Shown here one piece after another: positions 11,001 through 26,000 of a DNA stretch of 64,000 bases. Every line of letters begins with the position of its first letter. Position 1 is the first letter of the stretch. The DNA lies in contig JBITNC010000001.1 in assembly GCA_050084985.1 (NCBI GenBank), positions 135,594,001-135,658,000 of the forward strand, given 5' to 3'. The notes under the pieces are model-generated. The model ran no database searches and was not told where the DNA came from. It saw only the letters and a program-made list of their open reading frames with translations. This DNA comes from Nageia nagi (Eukaryota; Plantae; Pinophyta). Position numbers and translations under genes: made by a program.

Positions 11001-14000
11001 CCATAGTTTTTTAGTAGAAAAACAAAGCACAGGCATTACTAAGCCCATGGCTTTGTATCTCAACTCTCTGTGTCAAACTGAGGAAAGCATATTTTTTCAA
11101 GTGTCCTTCTGGGTTCGTTTGATTAGTGTCTCTTTGATAAAAGTTTTGCAAAAGGCCTCTGTGTCAGCTTTCCTTCTCTGGTTTTGGGGTCTTCAATGAT
11201 ATATACCAGTATATTTCTGATTTTCTTATATTAATTGCTCTCCAAAGATTTCATATTGCATCTTCTGTTGAGAATATAATTTTTATTTCAATTTATCATC
11301 CACACTAATACTGGAGAATGAAACAATATTTTGTCTTTCCATGAGACCAAAAAAGTGCTTTGATACCACTGTTATGAACCAAATTATAGTTCTGCTAATG
11401 TAACTGGAAAGTTAAAAGTAATACAGGCAATGCATGTAGCCAAGAGTCTTTACAGATGACCAGCACTAAATGCTTCATCGGAAACATGTCATTTTCAGAG
11501 TCCTTGCTTTTATACCCTGTAGCTTTATGATGCATATGGGACAAATAACTTTATAAGGAGACCTTTTTTGTTAAAAATTTTATGTACTTTTAACATTTAA
11601 ATATCTCCTGTTCTACTACTGATATATTGAATAAGGACTAATATATATTTTCTACACTTAACTCTCATGTTAGCCCTTATGATTTAAAAACGGCTTTATT
11701 CATGTCAGTTGTAGTTGGTATTTCTTTGTTGAAAATAATTTAGAATGTTTATATCTCATAATAGATGTTCTTTTGTTGTCATTTTGTGTCTGCTACAAGG
11801 TCTGGAACATGGTACATAGCATGAGAGTTTCAGTCAGAGTTCCTGTGACCTAGTGTGTTTGATTACTCACATGCAAGTTGTATCAACTCATCATTGACAG
11901 GATAAACACTATTGAATGAAATAAGAAGTCCCCATACATTATTTTCCCTATAGTTAGTAGGAAATTTCCAACTGCTAGTTTTTAAATGAAAATATTGTTC
12001 AGAAGGATGACTAAAACTCCCAAATTTGCTTCAATTATTGAATATGGAATGTAGTCTTCCAAGGCCAATTTTACCCCACTCCGAACAATTCGTGCTGCAA
12101 ACCTTAACAAGTGTTCTCTCTACTTTTAAGGATTCCTCAACCTTTTGATTCCGTTTCACTGTGTTTGAAATCACCTATTGAGTTTAGCATAGGGTCTTAA
12201 GGTGAACACACATCTTTCAGTGAGTGTATTTACTAGGGAAACACGGGGACTTGTCCCCCCACCTAAGGAACATGTTTCCCCTTCCCCCCGTCCCCGAGAA
12301 CATGCTGAAGGGGATGTTTCCCCGCCGTATCCCTTTTGGGGGAAATGATAGGTGTCATCCCGTAAACGTTTCCTAGCCTCAGGGAGCCGTCCCTAAAAAA
12401 GAGGACAAAAAGGGGATGTCTAGGGGATGTTTGACCATCCTTGCCGTCCCCTTTTACTTTTTAACATCAAAATTATAATTTTAATAATTTTATTTATGTA
12501 GAGCAGAGAAGCTAGTTGCAATGCATAGCTCTCTTCGCCTTTGTTCGAGAGTTAAGCAAGAGTACAAAGCATCTCCAGCTGCTCGATGGGATGTAAATCT
12601 AGAGGATCCGAGCTAGATTGATGAGGATGAGGATCAGGAGGAGTTTCTTCAGTTGGATGATGTTGAGGAGGATAGCTTCTCAGATAGATCAGTAGAGGAT
12701 GAGCCATTGGACTTAGAGTCATTAGGCTTAGACCAATAGTTTTACTTTAGTTTTCATTTTGACTTCATGTATGACATTATGATAATTTTGACTTCACATA
12801 TGAGAGATATGACATTAATTATTAATATTATGTACTTGATTCAACTTAATGACATTATATAGTTATGGGTCATTGATTATGCTATTAGCCTATTGCTCAT
12901 TCATATTTTAATATTATTATTTTAGTAACCTAGTTTCACTTTCAAATTTCAGTATTATGAGTCCTCAATTTTGTATTTTTATTTTTAGTATTTACTATTT
13001 GATATTTAATTTCATATTTTATTTCAAATTGAATGTTTCATGAATAAATTTTTGAATTTCTAGGCTTAATATGTTTATTGTTTTGTCACATATAATCAAT
13101 ACAATTCGTTTGTGTATTTAATTCATTATAAGTTGAACACACGTGAAACATTTTGAAAAGCAATATATTAAAAAATAATCAGTTGGTCAACATTTTACAT
13201 AAGAGAATATATGGATGCTTGTCTATTTTAATTACGAACTTGAAACGTTATTTTTATGCAATCTAGTTCCCAATCATCAATGGAACTCCTTTTGGCTTAA
13301 TTCCTTGGAATGAGGGAATCATCATGTATTATCTCCCCAAAAGCATGAAGCTTCGGTTTTCCTATACTTAATGTCATCTTCCACAGATATCCTGTCAATA
13401 TAGTAGTGGTGTTAGTTCGTAAAGATTCATTAAACTCATGACTGCACGTTGATAAATGATTTTATATCATTATTAGTTTTAGCAAACATACAGATGTGGA
13501 AAAATGATTGATATTTGATAGTCTATTTTCTTAATACTATGGGCATCAGCTATTGATATTAAGCATATTTCATGGTTTAACTAATTTGTGTTTTTATTAT
13601 CATGTTGAACTAGACAACTGGTTCTTTGTACTTCTGGGCTGCGCATTTGGCTGGACCTAGATGGGGTCCATTTGCATCTTGGTGCTGTGCCTGGCTGGAA
13701 GCCATTGGTCTAATTGCAGGAATTGGAACTCAGGTATTTAAAGCACATATGTATTGATTTGAAACAGTGTTTGAAGAATGATTACATCACAAAAAGTAAA
13801 TGAGTGTGCTGAAGTCTGGTGGATTTTCTTTAAAGCTGGTAGGAAGTCTTTTGTTGTGATAAACAGAGAGAATAAATCCCAGCCTTAGATTTAACTATAG
13901 AGGAATGAGATTAGATCTCATACTCATAAGATCCTATGGCTATTATATAATCTTATGTTGAGATTACTTAAAGTCATTTAAGTCACCTGGGACGTACACA

Positions 14001-17000
14001 ATGAAGAAATAAAAGAAATAATAATAATAGCAATTTTCAAAAATGTCACTTTACCAAATGCATATAATATAACTTTGTTTTTGACACAAAAACCCTCCTA
14101 AAACCTTGACTAACTCTATTCTCCCATATACTAACACATATTTTGACAATAAAACATAACAAACACTCCCAAATAACTCCACAACGGTAGATATCCCTCT
14201 TATGGGGTTTACAATGACTCCAAAAATATGAAAACATATTATATACAATGCTAGAAAATATTTGGGACATTACAAGTTTGCCCCTCCATAATTGCTTGTC
14301 CCAAGCAATGCCAATCCCAACTCAATATCACCAAGCTGGAACCAATTTGACCTTAAAGAAAATCCACTATGCTTTTGCTGCGCTCCTCTAACTGAAAATC
14401 CAGCATACCTAGGTGGTGCCTTCTTCTCCTTAGTATCCTTGCTGTCAACAGTAAACAAGGGTGCAAAGGATCTCATCATATGCCAAGGTATGATCCAAAC
14501 CCTTGACGCCAAACAAGGATGCCAAAGAATAGAATAAAGAACATATGCTTCCTTAGAAACACATTCGAAAGCTGTTCCCAAACTATCCCAAGGCTGCCCC
14601 AAAACTGCCCCAAGTCTGGTTGGATGCTAGAGCTGACCTGTAGTAGTCCTGTTGTCATACATATCAGACCTGACTTAGTGAAAATTAGATCTGATTTCCT
14701 TTCCCCAACCATGTGCCAAGGTTGTACTTACCCTTGAAATGTATCTAAAATCATTTCCCCTTCATCTCCCAAAGCCAAACCAACAATAGTGATGAATATG
14801 TTCATACTTCATACCAAAGCAACTGGGAACGGGACATGAATCAACAAACTTTGGCATTTCCCCAACAGTAGCCCCATCTTTAACTATACCCAAATCATAA
14901 ATGCAATTCCCCAATTCATGTAGGGTAGTAAACTCTCTTCCTAACAATCCACAACTATGAACAATATCAACAAGCTCATCAATCAACTCACATTCCTCAT
15001 ACAACATCCTTCCTTGCTGCTGTCCCAAAACTGGGCTGAAAGTACGAGTCAAAGGCTGAAATGTGTCCTCCAAAGTATGGTTAAGGTAGCCATATGAACG
15101 CACCATACTAGCCTAACTCTCCTAGTGAGATCATGGGAACAAGTCACATTTCTCATCTTTTCTATGTCACAAATAAAACCTGCTAACTCACCAATCCTCT
15201 TCACATTATGCCCAATTCTGATTTTCCCAGGAAAACCAATACCATTCATCATTGAAAATGTCCCCTTACACCAACTAGGACTTGCAGCAAACATGGTCCT
15301 CATGCCAACTCCAGCCAAAAAAAGAAATTCATGTGGTGTATTAGCCTTTCTCATCAAACAAAGGGAACCGATACCTGTTACTGTATGCAGCCTTCAAAAT
15401 TGTGGCAACAGTCCTCCCTTCCTTCTTGCAAAACGCAGCAGTCATTATGACGTATAACACAACCTTTGGTGATCTAAAATCAGTCTCACAACTCATAGCA
15501 GAAGCCCTTTTCTCTAACACAGAATTTGTCCGCACTTTGCCTTCAAAAATGGGCACAAATGCAGCCCAAAAATGTGTAGAAAGTGCAGTCCATGAAGTCT
15601 CCATTGGTGTGTTAACAACAGCCTCAAACACAATCCAAAATATTGGATCAAGATCAGCTCCATGCAAAACTGAATCTGATTTGACTCCAAGATCATGTTC
15701 TTCAACATCAACTACGTCATCTGGCAAAGCATTTACCTCATCAACAATTTCAGATTTCAATTCCTCTTCCTCAAAAATTCGAACATCTTCTTCAGTTGAT
15801 ATTTTTCCATCAACTTTTGCTCCACGAACCACATTTGGTTTCTTCTTGACATTTTCTTGCTTCTCTTCCATTGCTAGCACTTTCTTTGCAGCAGTGCATG
15901 ATAATTCTTCATTATTCTTCCAACAGGCTGGCAAGATCTTAGCTTTGATACCATTGTAGTGTGTAAATCACAAAATATACAAAATACCCAAAACAGAAAT
16001 ACTGCAAACAAACATAGCTATGAAATTTTTGTATTTTTATTTATTTTTCTTCAAACACCAAATTGTCATTGCAAATACAATTACTAGAAATTATAGATCA
16101 CATACAGATCCAATTGGAAAACCCTTCTAGATATCAAAACAAACCAGCAAATTGAATCTATTTGCCTATAGCTAGAACGTCCTGCTTTTTGAGCTGATAT
16201 GAGCACTTTGAAGCTGTAAAATTACCCTCCTAGGGTTGACGTTTGGTTGCATAGGACAATCTGGACCCTTTTAGCCTACAAATATGCTCCCTCTAGGTTG
16301 ACGTCACACTATAGTAGCCTCCAATTGCTAGATTACTACTCAAAACTCTCTGATTTTCCATCCAATAAGCAAATATGCAGTTATGCTCCATATTTGCTTT
16401 ACAATGTATGTCCAAATCACAAACCTTGATGTGGATTTGTCAGATCTAATTGGGTAGATAGCTAGCTGACCTAGCCTCCACTGGTTTGGTTCAATGGGAA
16501 CCCCAAAATCTCTGAAAGACACTTCTTGTAGTCTTCAAGAGCTTAAGAATTTGAAGAATTCTCCAATTCAATATCAAAACATCAACCACAACAAATGAAA
16601 CCCTAAAACACTTTTATACCTCACACCCTAATGTGAGAATAAATCCCAACCTTAAATTTAACTATAGAGGGCTAAGATTAGATCTCATACTCATAAAGTT
16701 CTATGGTTGTGATATAATCTCATGTTGAGATCACTTAAAGTCATTTAAGTCACCTGGGACCCACACAATGAAGAAATAATAATAATAATATCTTTCAAAA
16801 ACGTCACTTTACCAAATGCATATAATATAACTTTGTTTTTGACACAAAAACCCTCTTAACACCTTGACTAACTCTACTCTCCCATATACTAACACAACTA
16901 ACACATTTTGACAATAAAACATAACAATCACTCCCAAATAATTCCTCAATGGTAGATGTCCCTCTTTTAGGGTTTACAATGACTTCAAAAATACGAAAAC

Positions 17001-20000
17001 ATAGTATATACAAGGCTGGAAAATATTTGGGATATTACAAAGACAATAATGGAGTATTAGGAGGTGTCTTACTTATTTATGTAGATAAGTCATGTCTACA
17101 TCCAAACTGCACTCTCATTTCATATGTAGAAGAAGTGCTTATAGGTGAGTAAATTGCAAAATGTGTGTTAGATTGAAATTTGAATTTTTTTCCCTTTAAT
17201 TTTGGGAGGTGACCTGATTAGTTGAATTTCCATCATTCTCTTCAAAAGAAACTAAGATCAAATATTTGAAGTCAGCTTCTATTCATCAATATTTGAGGTC
17301 TACTTCTTTTCATTGAACAATATTTGAGTTCTACTTCTTTTCATTGAACAATATTTGACATCTAAATCTATTTATGGTATTACAGGCACTTGATGCCAAT
17401 TCCTTGGCTCTATGGAATTGATTGTCTAATGAAACTAGATGTACTCTACAGGCAAGAATGATAATGTTTAGTGGAGATATTGTTAACATGTTTATTGATA
17501 ATGATAAACTTGGCACTTTTGAAATCTTCTTGTTTGTTTATATCTTTGATAAAATAGACGGCTCAGATGTAGATGCTCTTTGATAACTGTTACAAGTGGA
17601 AAATCAAAATGATTAGGAAATTGAAGGGTAGATGTTTATGGCTTACCAGATGTGAGCAAGCTTAAATGGGATTGTATTTCAATTCTAACATATGATATCT
17701 CTCAATCAGTATATGGCAAACTGCTAAATATCTAGCATGTAGATTCAAGAAAATAGAGATTACTCTAATGGGAATTTTTTTTTAGCATCAAGGAAATATA
17801 TTTACATTACTTTATCACAAAAGAATAAAATTTAATCACCCTTTATAGAATTTGATTGCATTTAACCATGACATACCATCATTTCCTTGAGCAAATATAA
17901 ACACTATCAAAATAACATGATCAAGATGATATCTAGTAGGCATCATACGTCTAAATAGTGGAGATCAAACAAAGCACATCCCAATGACTGCCAAAATGAT
18001 CCTCTCATTATATCTAGGTCAACTGGGTTCCAAGGGTATGCTAAATTCTAGAATCTGCAGTGGAGTGCATGGTTAGGCAACCATAGACCTGCCAAATTTG
18101 TGCACACTATACATTACAAATCGTCTTCCGAGATTTGGCCTCTTGTAGTAACACAATTTGTTCCTCGATTCCTTATGAGTCTTTAAACAACATTTCATCG
18201 GTGTTTGCTGTTAAAGGCCCTCACATTCCATGAATGGAATTTCATTTGGACTTTGGTTGGAGAAAGTTGAGACCAGATCCTTTATTCTGCTTGACTCAAC
18301 CAATATTTCTCCTTCCCTTCAAAATTTTGTGATGCGTCTTTTTGCCAACTTTCTGGTTGGCATCTGTACATATTTTTTGGGTCATTTTGTTGTCGGCCAA
18401 GTAAGTTGGGAGATATACCTTTTTGAAGGTTTGACTCTTCCATGGTCACATCTTCTTTTGTTAGTAGCATGGAGAAAGTCGACATCTGATTGGGGTCTTC
18501 TAGGGCTCTCCTCCCAGTTGGGTTTGTTCATTACTTTTGCACCTTGCATGCTAAGAATATTGCTCGGTTAATCTATGTTGACAACCACCATAGCCCGATT
18601 ATCCAAAAGCCTATCCCTATAGATATTCTTGAAGTCATTTCCGTCTTCATGTTGCCCAACCAACTTTGTACTTGGCTGTACCTTTTACTCTTGTGGAATT
18701 TGGAACCTAGAAATCTCTTTTACTTTTATAGAGAACATTTTGTTCCTATAAGGGACTACTAGGGTTTGGTTACTGAAGACATGTTAAATTCACTACCAAC
18801 AGAGTTTAGAGTTACAAAGAGATTTTGGGTGTTAGAGTTCAAAGGTTGAGTGGTTGGGGCCTTTTTTTGAGTATTATGTGTTCTTTTGGTCTTGTCCTTG
18901 ACCTCCATGAATCCCTTTGCATCTTTCTGGGGTCATGTTCTTTTGGTTTGTGGAGAACTATGCAAGGATTTCCATAACAAGTTGATTGATATTTTGACTT
19001 TCGAATTTCATGTTTCTGGATGCAAGTTGTATAAGCTAAAGTTTCACTGTTGTGAATCAGGGTTTCCAGAACTGTAGCTACTGCAGGCTGTCTTGTTCTA
19101 TTATTTTGACACTATATTGAAAACATATATAGAGTGCAGTCACATGAAGTTGTAAAACGATACTGCTTCCTGTCTTTAGCAAAGGTTGCTAGGCATGAAT
19201 GCTTACTTTTAACATGATCTGTGAATTATATATTTTTTCTTATTTCTGCACATCCAAATTGTATTTGATATTATAATTTATTAAATATTCACCTTAATTA
19301 TTGTGCACAAACCTTGAGTGTACTGCATGTGTTATCAGAACCTGCAAGAACTGTATCCTTGAAGTCTGGATGTTTAGTTGTTTGGGCATGTGGGCCATTC
19401 ATTCACAAGCCTAGCTAACAACAAACTTTGTACACATACACATCTCCCTTTCCTCCTGTACCATTTAGGCCCCATCCTCTTTGCAACTTTGTAATGTGAT
19501 TGAACATTAAACGAGAAAACTGAGACAAATGATAAACTCACACATCTGCTTTACCTCCTGTACCATTTATTCCTCTCTTTCCTGCCACTTTCTCACCATC
19601 CACAATTCTCCACCATAATTCTTTAAACATTTGCTGTAACCATGACTGAGCAAAGAATGGATTGAAAGTCAAATATGCCAGATAAATAAGCCCAAAACTT
19701 TGTCCCTTGCAATCTAGACCATAAAAAATGAAAATAATACAGAAAATTATAGACATTTTTTGGCTGCCTTGGAAAAAACCGAATCATGCTGCCCATTTTG
19801 TGTAAAATCCTGAAAAGAAATAGCCACTAATGTAGTGAACCAGCCAATTTAGACAGGAAATATTGCAGAAAATATTACAGAAAATTATTCAAACCCTAGC
19901 TCGACCAAACAGAAAACTACAACAGCAAATGGCAGAAATAAATTTATGATTTTTATTATTCTGAAACAACTTCTTTTCAACAATAGAATGCAATAGTGCA

Positions 20001-23000
20001 GATTTGGGATCTAGCAACTGTCTAGAACAGAAAATACGTCAAATAAATACCAGAAATGGCCCCTAGAGCTGAGGTCTTGGCTAAAAATGGCCAAGTATAA
20101 TTTCTTGATGTTCTAGAAAATTCTCCAAACCCTCAGTGGTTGGAACATAGCTTGCAAAAGTCAAAAACACCTCAAAATTGTAGAATGAGTCCCACCTTGA
20201 GGCATATAGAAGGGAAAAACCCTCCTCAAAATTGCTTCCAGTTTGCCACCAATGGCAGATCTGAATTTTTGTATCAACTCCTTAGCAATTGAAGCACAAA
20301 TACAAACCTTGGATGGATTTGTTTACAAGGCTAATTAGTTAGCTAGTTGGCCTAGCCTCTAGTGGAGAGATCCAAAGGGAACCACACATCTCTTGTAAAA
20401 ATTTCCAGCAATTTCCAAGAGCCCAAAAAATACAACAATATTCTCCCAATGTCAACAATATTTGACCATTGTTTATTTAGAATTGATAGAAGTTGCAATA
20501 GTCCAGGTGTTTTTATTGTTTCACTTTTGGTTCTTTGAAATATTTCAAATTCCTCCACAATTTTGTTTTTTGTCTTGTTTAAGTCCCTCCCAAAGGAATG
20601 TTTGCCTTACTTTGTGGTAAACAGTCCAATACAACATGTAGAATTGTTTTTCCTTTTGATTTGGGTAATCCTTCAATAAAGTCCATTGAGATATTTGACC
20701 ATTGTTTATTTGAAATTTATAGGGGTTGCAATAGTCTAGGTGTTCTTTTACTATTTCACTTTTGTTTCTCTACTATTTCGCTTTTGTTTCTCTAAGGTAT
20801 TTTAAATTCCTCCACAAATTTCTTTTTATGTTGTTAAGTCCCTCCCAAAAGTGACTTACTTTGTGATACATTTTGAAGAATTCAAATTGACTTGTTTTAG
20901 GGCATGCATGTAGCTCTTAGAGAATCAATTCCTTACATTTGGAATTTTTGCCCAAGAATATCTTGTTTTCGAATTTGAGAATTTCATGGGATGTAGGTGA
21001 CTTTACCCAATGTGATTCTTTGTGGAGATTTACCTGGTATCTTGGATATAGGATTATCAAGATTTGAATTTTCCAAGGATAATATTGGAAATACATGCTA
21101 TTATAATTGTCTTAGTGGGACAAATTTAATGATGTTGATCACCCAATGGGTAAATCTTGTATTGACTCAACCAAGGGTGTTATCAGAGATACACGACTAT
21201 TGCAATCATAATGATGAGACGAATCTAATGGTGTAGATATCTTGATGGTCGTTTACTCTTTTATCCCACTACTAGTTTGATAATATCTAGAAGTGAGGTT
21301 GCAAGAAAAAGAAATTGCAGGATTTTCAGTACTCGACTAGATTTGTCGTCTAGCGTATTCATATCATAGTAATGCATTTGGATTTGCTCTTCCATACTAT
21401 AGGTAATTGGGATCAAAGCTTTGATACCACTTGTTATAATTCAACTAACATAAGTAACATAAATAACATGCACATTCCACAATTCCAGTAGTCAAGTATA
21501 ACCAATCATAGCAAATAACAATATATGATAATTAACAACGGAATACCATGCACAATTGCAAATCTAGAAAACTAAATATGTAATATTTCAAATATTTTCT
21601 AATACTGAAATATGCAAACTAAGCACCAAAAATACTAAATAAAATGCTCTAAAAATCAATTACACAGGCTAGAATACCAACGTTTCATTTAGGGACACAA
21701 AATATCATTCATACACATCCATAAACCTTATGTCAAGCTTCTAGAGGCAAGATAATTGCAAATAGACAACAAAATGAGACAAATATATGGAGATCAATGT
21801 GCCAACGACTGAATTAAGCAATGAAGAGTGATTACAAGCCTCAAATCTGCCCAAAGGGCTCACATTGGCCTCCAAGGAGCCAACTAGGGCACATACACAT
21901 GCAAATATGATCATTGCTGAAACAATGGATGGGACAACCACACTCCCTCAAGATTTGAATCCTCTCCATTGAAGGAACTCTCTCCAAATCCTGGAAACCA
22001 ACTGAATGGTAGGATTGCAACTTGTAGAATACCATCGGCTGGACTAAGATGTTGCATCGTAGTCGTAGATTAGCTAGATCCCTTAGCCTGCTAACCCTCC
22101 TAGATGCTGCACCTAGGGTAAGATGTTGCGCCAAGACTTGTGCCTTCTGAACAGAAGAAGAGATAATCCAAAACTCAACATATCCATGCAATGATGCTCC
22201 AATGCCTAATATACTTCAAGTCTGGATCTAGATCATCACCTCGAAATCATCAATGCCTCCCTAATCCAACGTTAGCCTCCTAGGGGCCCTCAAATACGTC
22301 AAACATGTCATAAATGCTCATGTGTGGGGTTTAGAGTCTCCCCAACGTGTGACGTTGGTCTCCAAGGGTGATGGGATGTCTCCAAGTCCAACGTTGGGCT
22401 CCTAGAAGTCCCCCCATGTCATGCGTTGAGTTTCTAGAAGTCATACATGTTCCTAGATCCTATTTTCATGTCCATACAACGCCTTGGGATTCTCACAATC
22501 AATTCTTCGGATCTCCAAGTACATAAAATAACATTCAAATATGCTAGCCTATGCGTGGGAGGAAAACGTCCCTCTTGGGGCTCACAATGGGTTCCAATGG
22601 ACCATTATTATTTCTATCCCAAGTAACTAACAGCAAATACATAAATAAATAAATATTTACAAAAAGGGAATCCTTAGGATTCCAAAATTAATTATCTTTT
22701 ACAAAAAGGGGATGTTACAAAATAAAGAAGTTTGCAATGAGTAATCAACAAGAGATCTAAGAGGCTTCTACCACTTCAATGGGTTGACCTCACAAGTATG
22801 CGGAGATATTGAATTAGACAATATTATGTCTATGGTGTCTAACCCATGCTCCTATTTATATGCAAATATGACTATTGCACTAATGTCTATGCCATAGAGC
22901 TGATCTATAGCCAAATGACAATGATATAAAGCCTAATTATGCGCTAATGCAAGTGTCATAAACCACTTCCTTTCTCATGATTTCTCTCTGAATTTTTGTT

Positions 23001-26000
23001 GCAGCCATAATGTATTCCTCAAGCGTTCCTTCTTGTTATCATATTATGCCTTTGACTTTTGGTCAAATGAGAGACAATTACTCTACCTTTGCTGCCGATT
23101 CCTTCATTTGATTGGCCGCGGGTGCTTTTATTTTGTTTTTGATTTTTGTTTTCCATAATTTTTGAGAGTTGAAGTATGCAATAGCCACTTAGAGAGGCCA
23201 AAGTCTCAGATATGCACCAATATTGGGTAAGGAAATATATCTGATGGCAATCACTACATTTGCATTACCACTATTTATAGATCACTAAGGCTAATCTCTA
23301 TGCTCCAGGGTGACCTTAATACTATGAATTCTATACTAAGGCCTTGAGTCAATCAAATACAAGTTAGCTAATGCTGATTTATTGGAGCTGTTACATTCCT
23401 TCATAAACATTCAAGTACTCTTTTATAACATAAATTGTTAAGCAGTTTGCAAATGTTTTCAAACCTTTTGAGGGATTTGCAAACGTTAAAGGTTTTTGCT
23501 TTATCCATTAATTTGTTCTGTTAATGAATGGATTGAAATTCTGTGTTGTTGAGCCAATGTTTTGTGGTCTATTTTATGGCTATTGGCCGCTAGATGGTTC
23601 TGGCTTGTATTCTGAACTCACCAGTCAGTCTTTATAATCGCTGTCATAGAGACAGACAGAAATACTGCTTTGTGCCTCAGATCAAATTTTGTTGTTGTAC
23701 AATAAATAGATTGATATGGTGCCATTCATATTTTAGAAACTGGTCTATTGCTTTGTTGTTGTGAGAAATTCAAGCAAGACTACAAAAGCCTCATCACAGC
23801 ATATGATATGTGGACAGAATGATTATTATCTATATACATGTGTTCAGATGAAGTCTTAGCTACTTATATATTCTCAATGTAAATACAGAACAATAGTAAA
23901 TGAGCTTGGTACTGGTCTTATTACTGTACAAAATGGCATTTTTCCTTATGTGCCTCCTTAACTGTGTTCCTACTTGCTCATTCTTCCAGGAAGAATACTA
24001 GCCTTTCTAAGTGGCGATGCCCAACATATAATACTGGCTATTGAAGATAAGTTGGGTGCCAAGGAATTATAAGCTTGGCTGTACAATTAAGAGATTTATA
24101 TTGAATGCCAAACATGAATTGAGAAGTAAAAATTTCAATTACTTGTCTTCGATTGGACTGTTGAGCATTTTTTTTTTGCAAATTATACTAAAACTCTATG
24201 CTACTAATACAATAACATCCTCCCATTTTTCCATTTGATTGTTCTGTAGAGGATTATTTTTGTTAGAAATTGTACTTAGAATCTATGCCACTAACATAGT
24301 TACAACTGTTCCATTCTCCCTGGGGGTCGAAGTCTAAAGCATAAACCAAAAAGATAAATCCTGTTAGACTATGAAGATGAAACAAATTAAAATAACATTC
24401 TTATGGCACAGTTTTGATCAATGTCATGCAAAGGTCTTAATATTTCCGTTGAAATGAATAATATACAGACAAGGTAATCTTTAACTTACCAGTATGCAGC
24501 CTGACATTTTGTCGCGTTATAACTGTGTATGAAGAAAATGAACTCAGTGGATTTCTCTTATGCTTGTTGATCCAAACTTGATGAAAGCTATTTATAAAGA
24601 AACCAAGGTGCAAGGTAATTATAATCCAGACTGATTTAAATAGTTGAAGGAAAAAGTAATCACAAGTTCACACGTACTGCAACTTCTTAAACCTAAAATG
24701 GTTACATTTACACAATTTTAATTACAATCTGTAATATTGCTTAGACATAATATGATATATCATTATAAATTAGTGATTAAATCTAATAGGCTAAAATGGT
24801 TACATTTACACAATTTTACTTCCTATATTTGCATAGCTTAAAAGAAAAATAAATAATAACCCAATTTTAATTTTCAGAGATTGACCAGTTGCAATTACTA
24901 AAATGAAAAATCTATGAAAACAACTTTAATAGAGAAAGAAAAACTTAATAGAAGAGGTTGCATTTTTGGTTCCTGGCCATCTGTCCTCCCTTAAGCATTT
25001 TGGAATTTCATTTGAAGGAGGTATCTGGAATTCTGGTTCAATTAAGCATTGCAGATGGACTGCATGCTTTTCTTCAAAACTTGTATAGGTTACTATTTTC
25101 AATTAGAAGTTATAAAGCTTCTACTTGCTGATGCCTTGTCCAAAATTATTATTATTTAACTTTGCTATCCATAAATAATGGGTGATAATCCTTGAAATTT
25201 GCACATTAAATGGTGACCAAAAACCTTGAGAGCTTAGCAATTTAGTGTTTGTTGAGAGCTTAGAAATTTTAAGTTACTTTTCCATGTTTTTTAGATTTTG
25301 TTGAATCTTGTGAGTCCACGCATTGAGACTCGGAATCGCAATTCCCGACAAGTTTGACAACTATGTTGCAAGCTGATATAACCTAAGGGGAGGATCATTC
25401 CACTATCAATCTATAGAAAGTATTGAGAATAATACAATAGCTTGGGCATGAAGGGTTGTTGGGGAGTAACCCAAGTGGTTTGAAACTTTGGATGTAGGTG
25501 TTGTAAATTGTCTCTCATATCGATATCACTGACTCAATTGGAATTGTGTGGGTTCTCTTGAGGATTAGGTAATCGATTTTGGGAGAGGCTTAAGCATTGG
25601 ACTGCATTAGTGACCTCCGCGGACCAACACCATAGACAACCTTGTATGACTAGATTCATAGAAGTCAAGGCCCTACAAGACCATGTGAAAGAAAAAAAAC
25701 CAATGCTACAAGAGGCAACAATTGTAGAGGTTGGTAGCCAAACTCTATGAGCATGAGGTGGTGGGGAACAAACCTCTTGCCATGAATGGAGTAGTATAGT
25801 GTGTTGACCAAAATCCTCTCTACTATGGTCCAATCTAAGGCCCTTAGGTTGGGACGCTATACCTCGACACCATAGAGAATTGTGGGGGTGACTAGGGGTA
25901 TGGAACAACTAGAGTTTGGACGTAATGTCCTAGAATTGAAGCTAGACACACTGCCTCTCTAGGGTGGAAATAATTGTGTACCTTATACAAACACTACGTG

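Larger units (their letters stand above)
2279..13613 (+). other. Intron 2 of the BAT1-like gene (11,335 bp, TE-filled)
   Basis: GTGAGT donor and CTAG acceptor. The flanking exons join as SSFP|TTGSLY. Confidence 0.92.

Noticed and set aside
13846-17044. TSD for the LTR element; flanks GTCTT and AAGAC are inverted rather than direct
   Set aside because: A 5-bp inverted match can arise by chance; no direct TSD is supported.
25210-25365. Orphan hAT-like right end (GTTTGACAACTATG); a similar degenerate end at ~34100-34180
   Set aside because: No matching left TIR or TSD was found, so no element boundaries can be supported.
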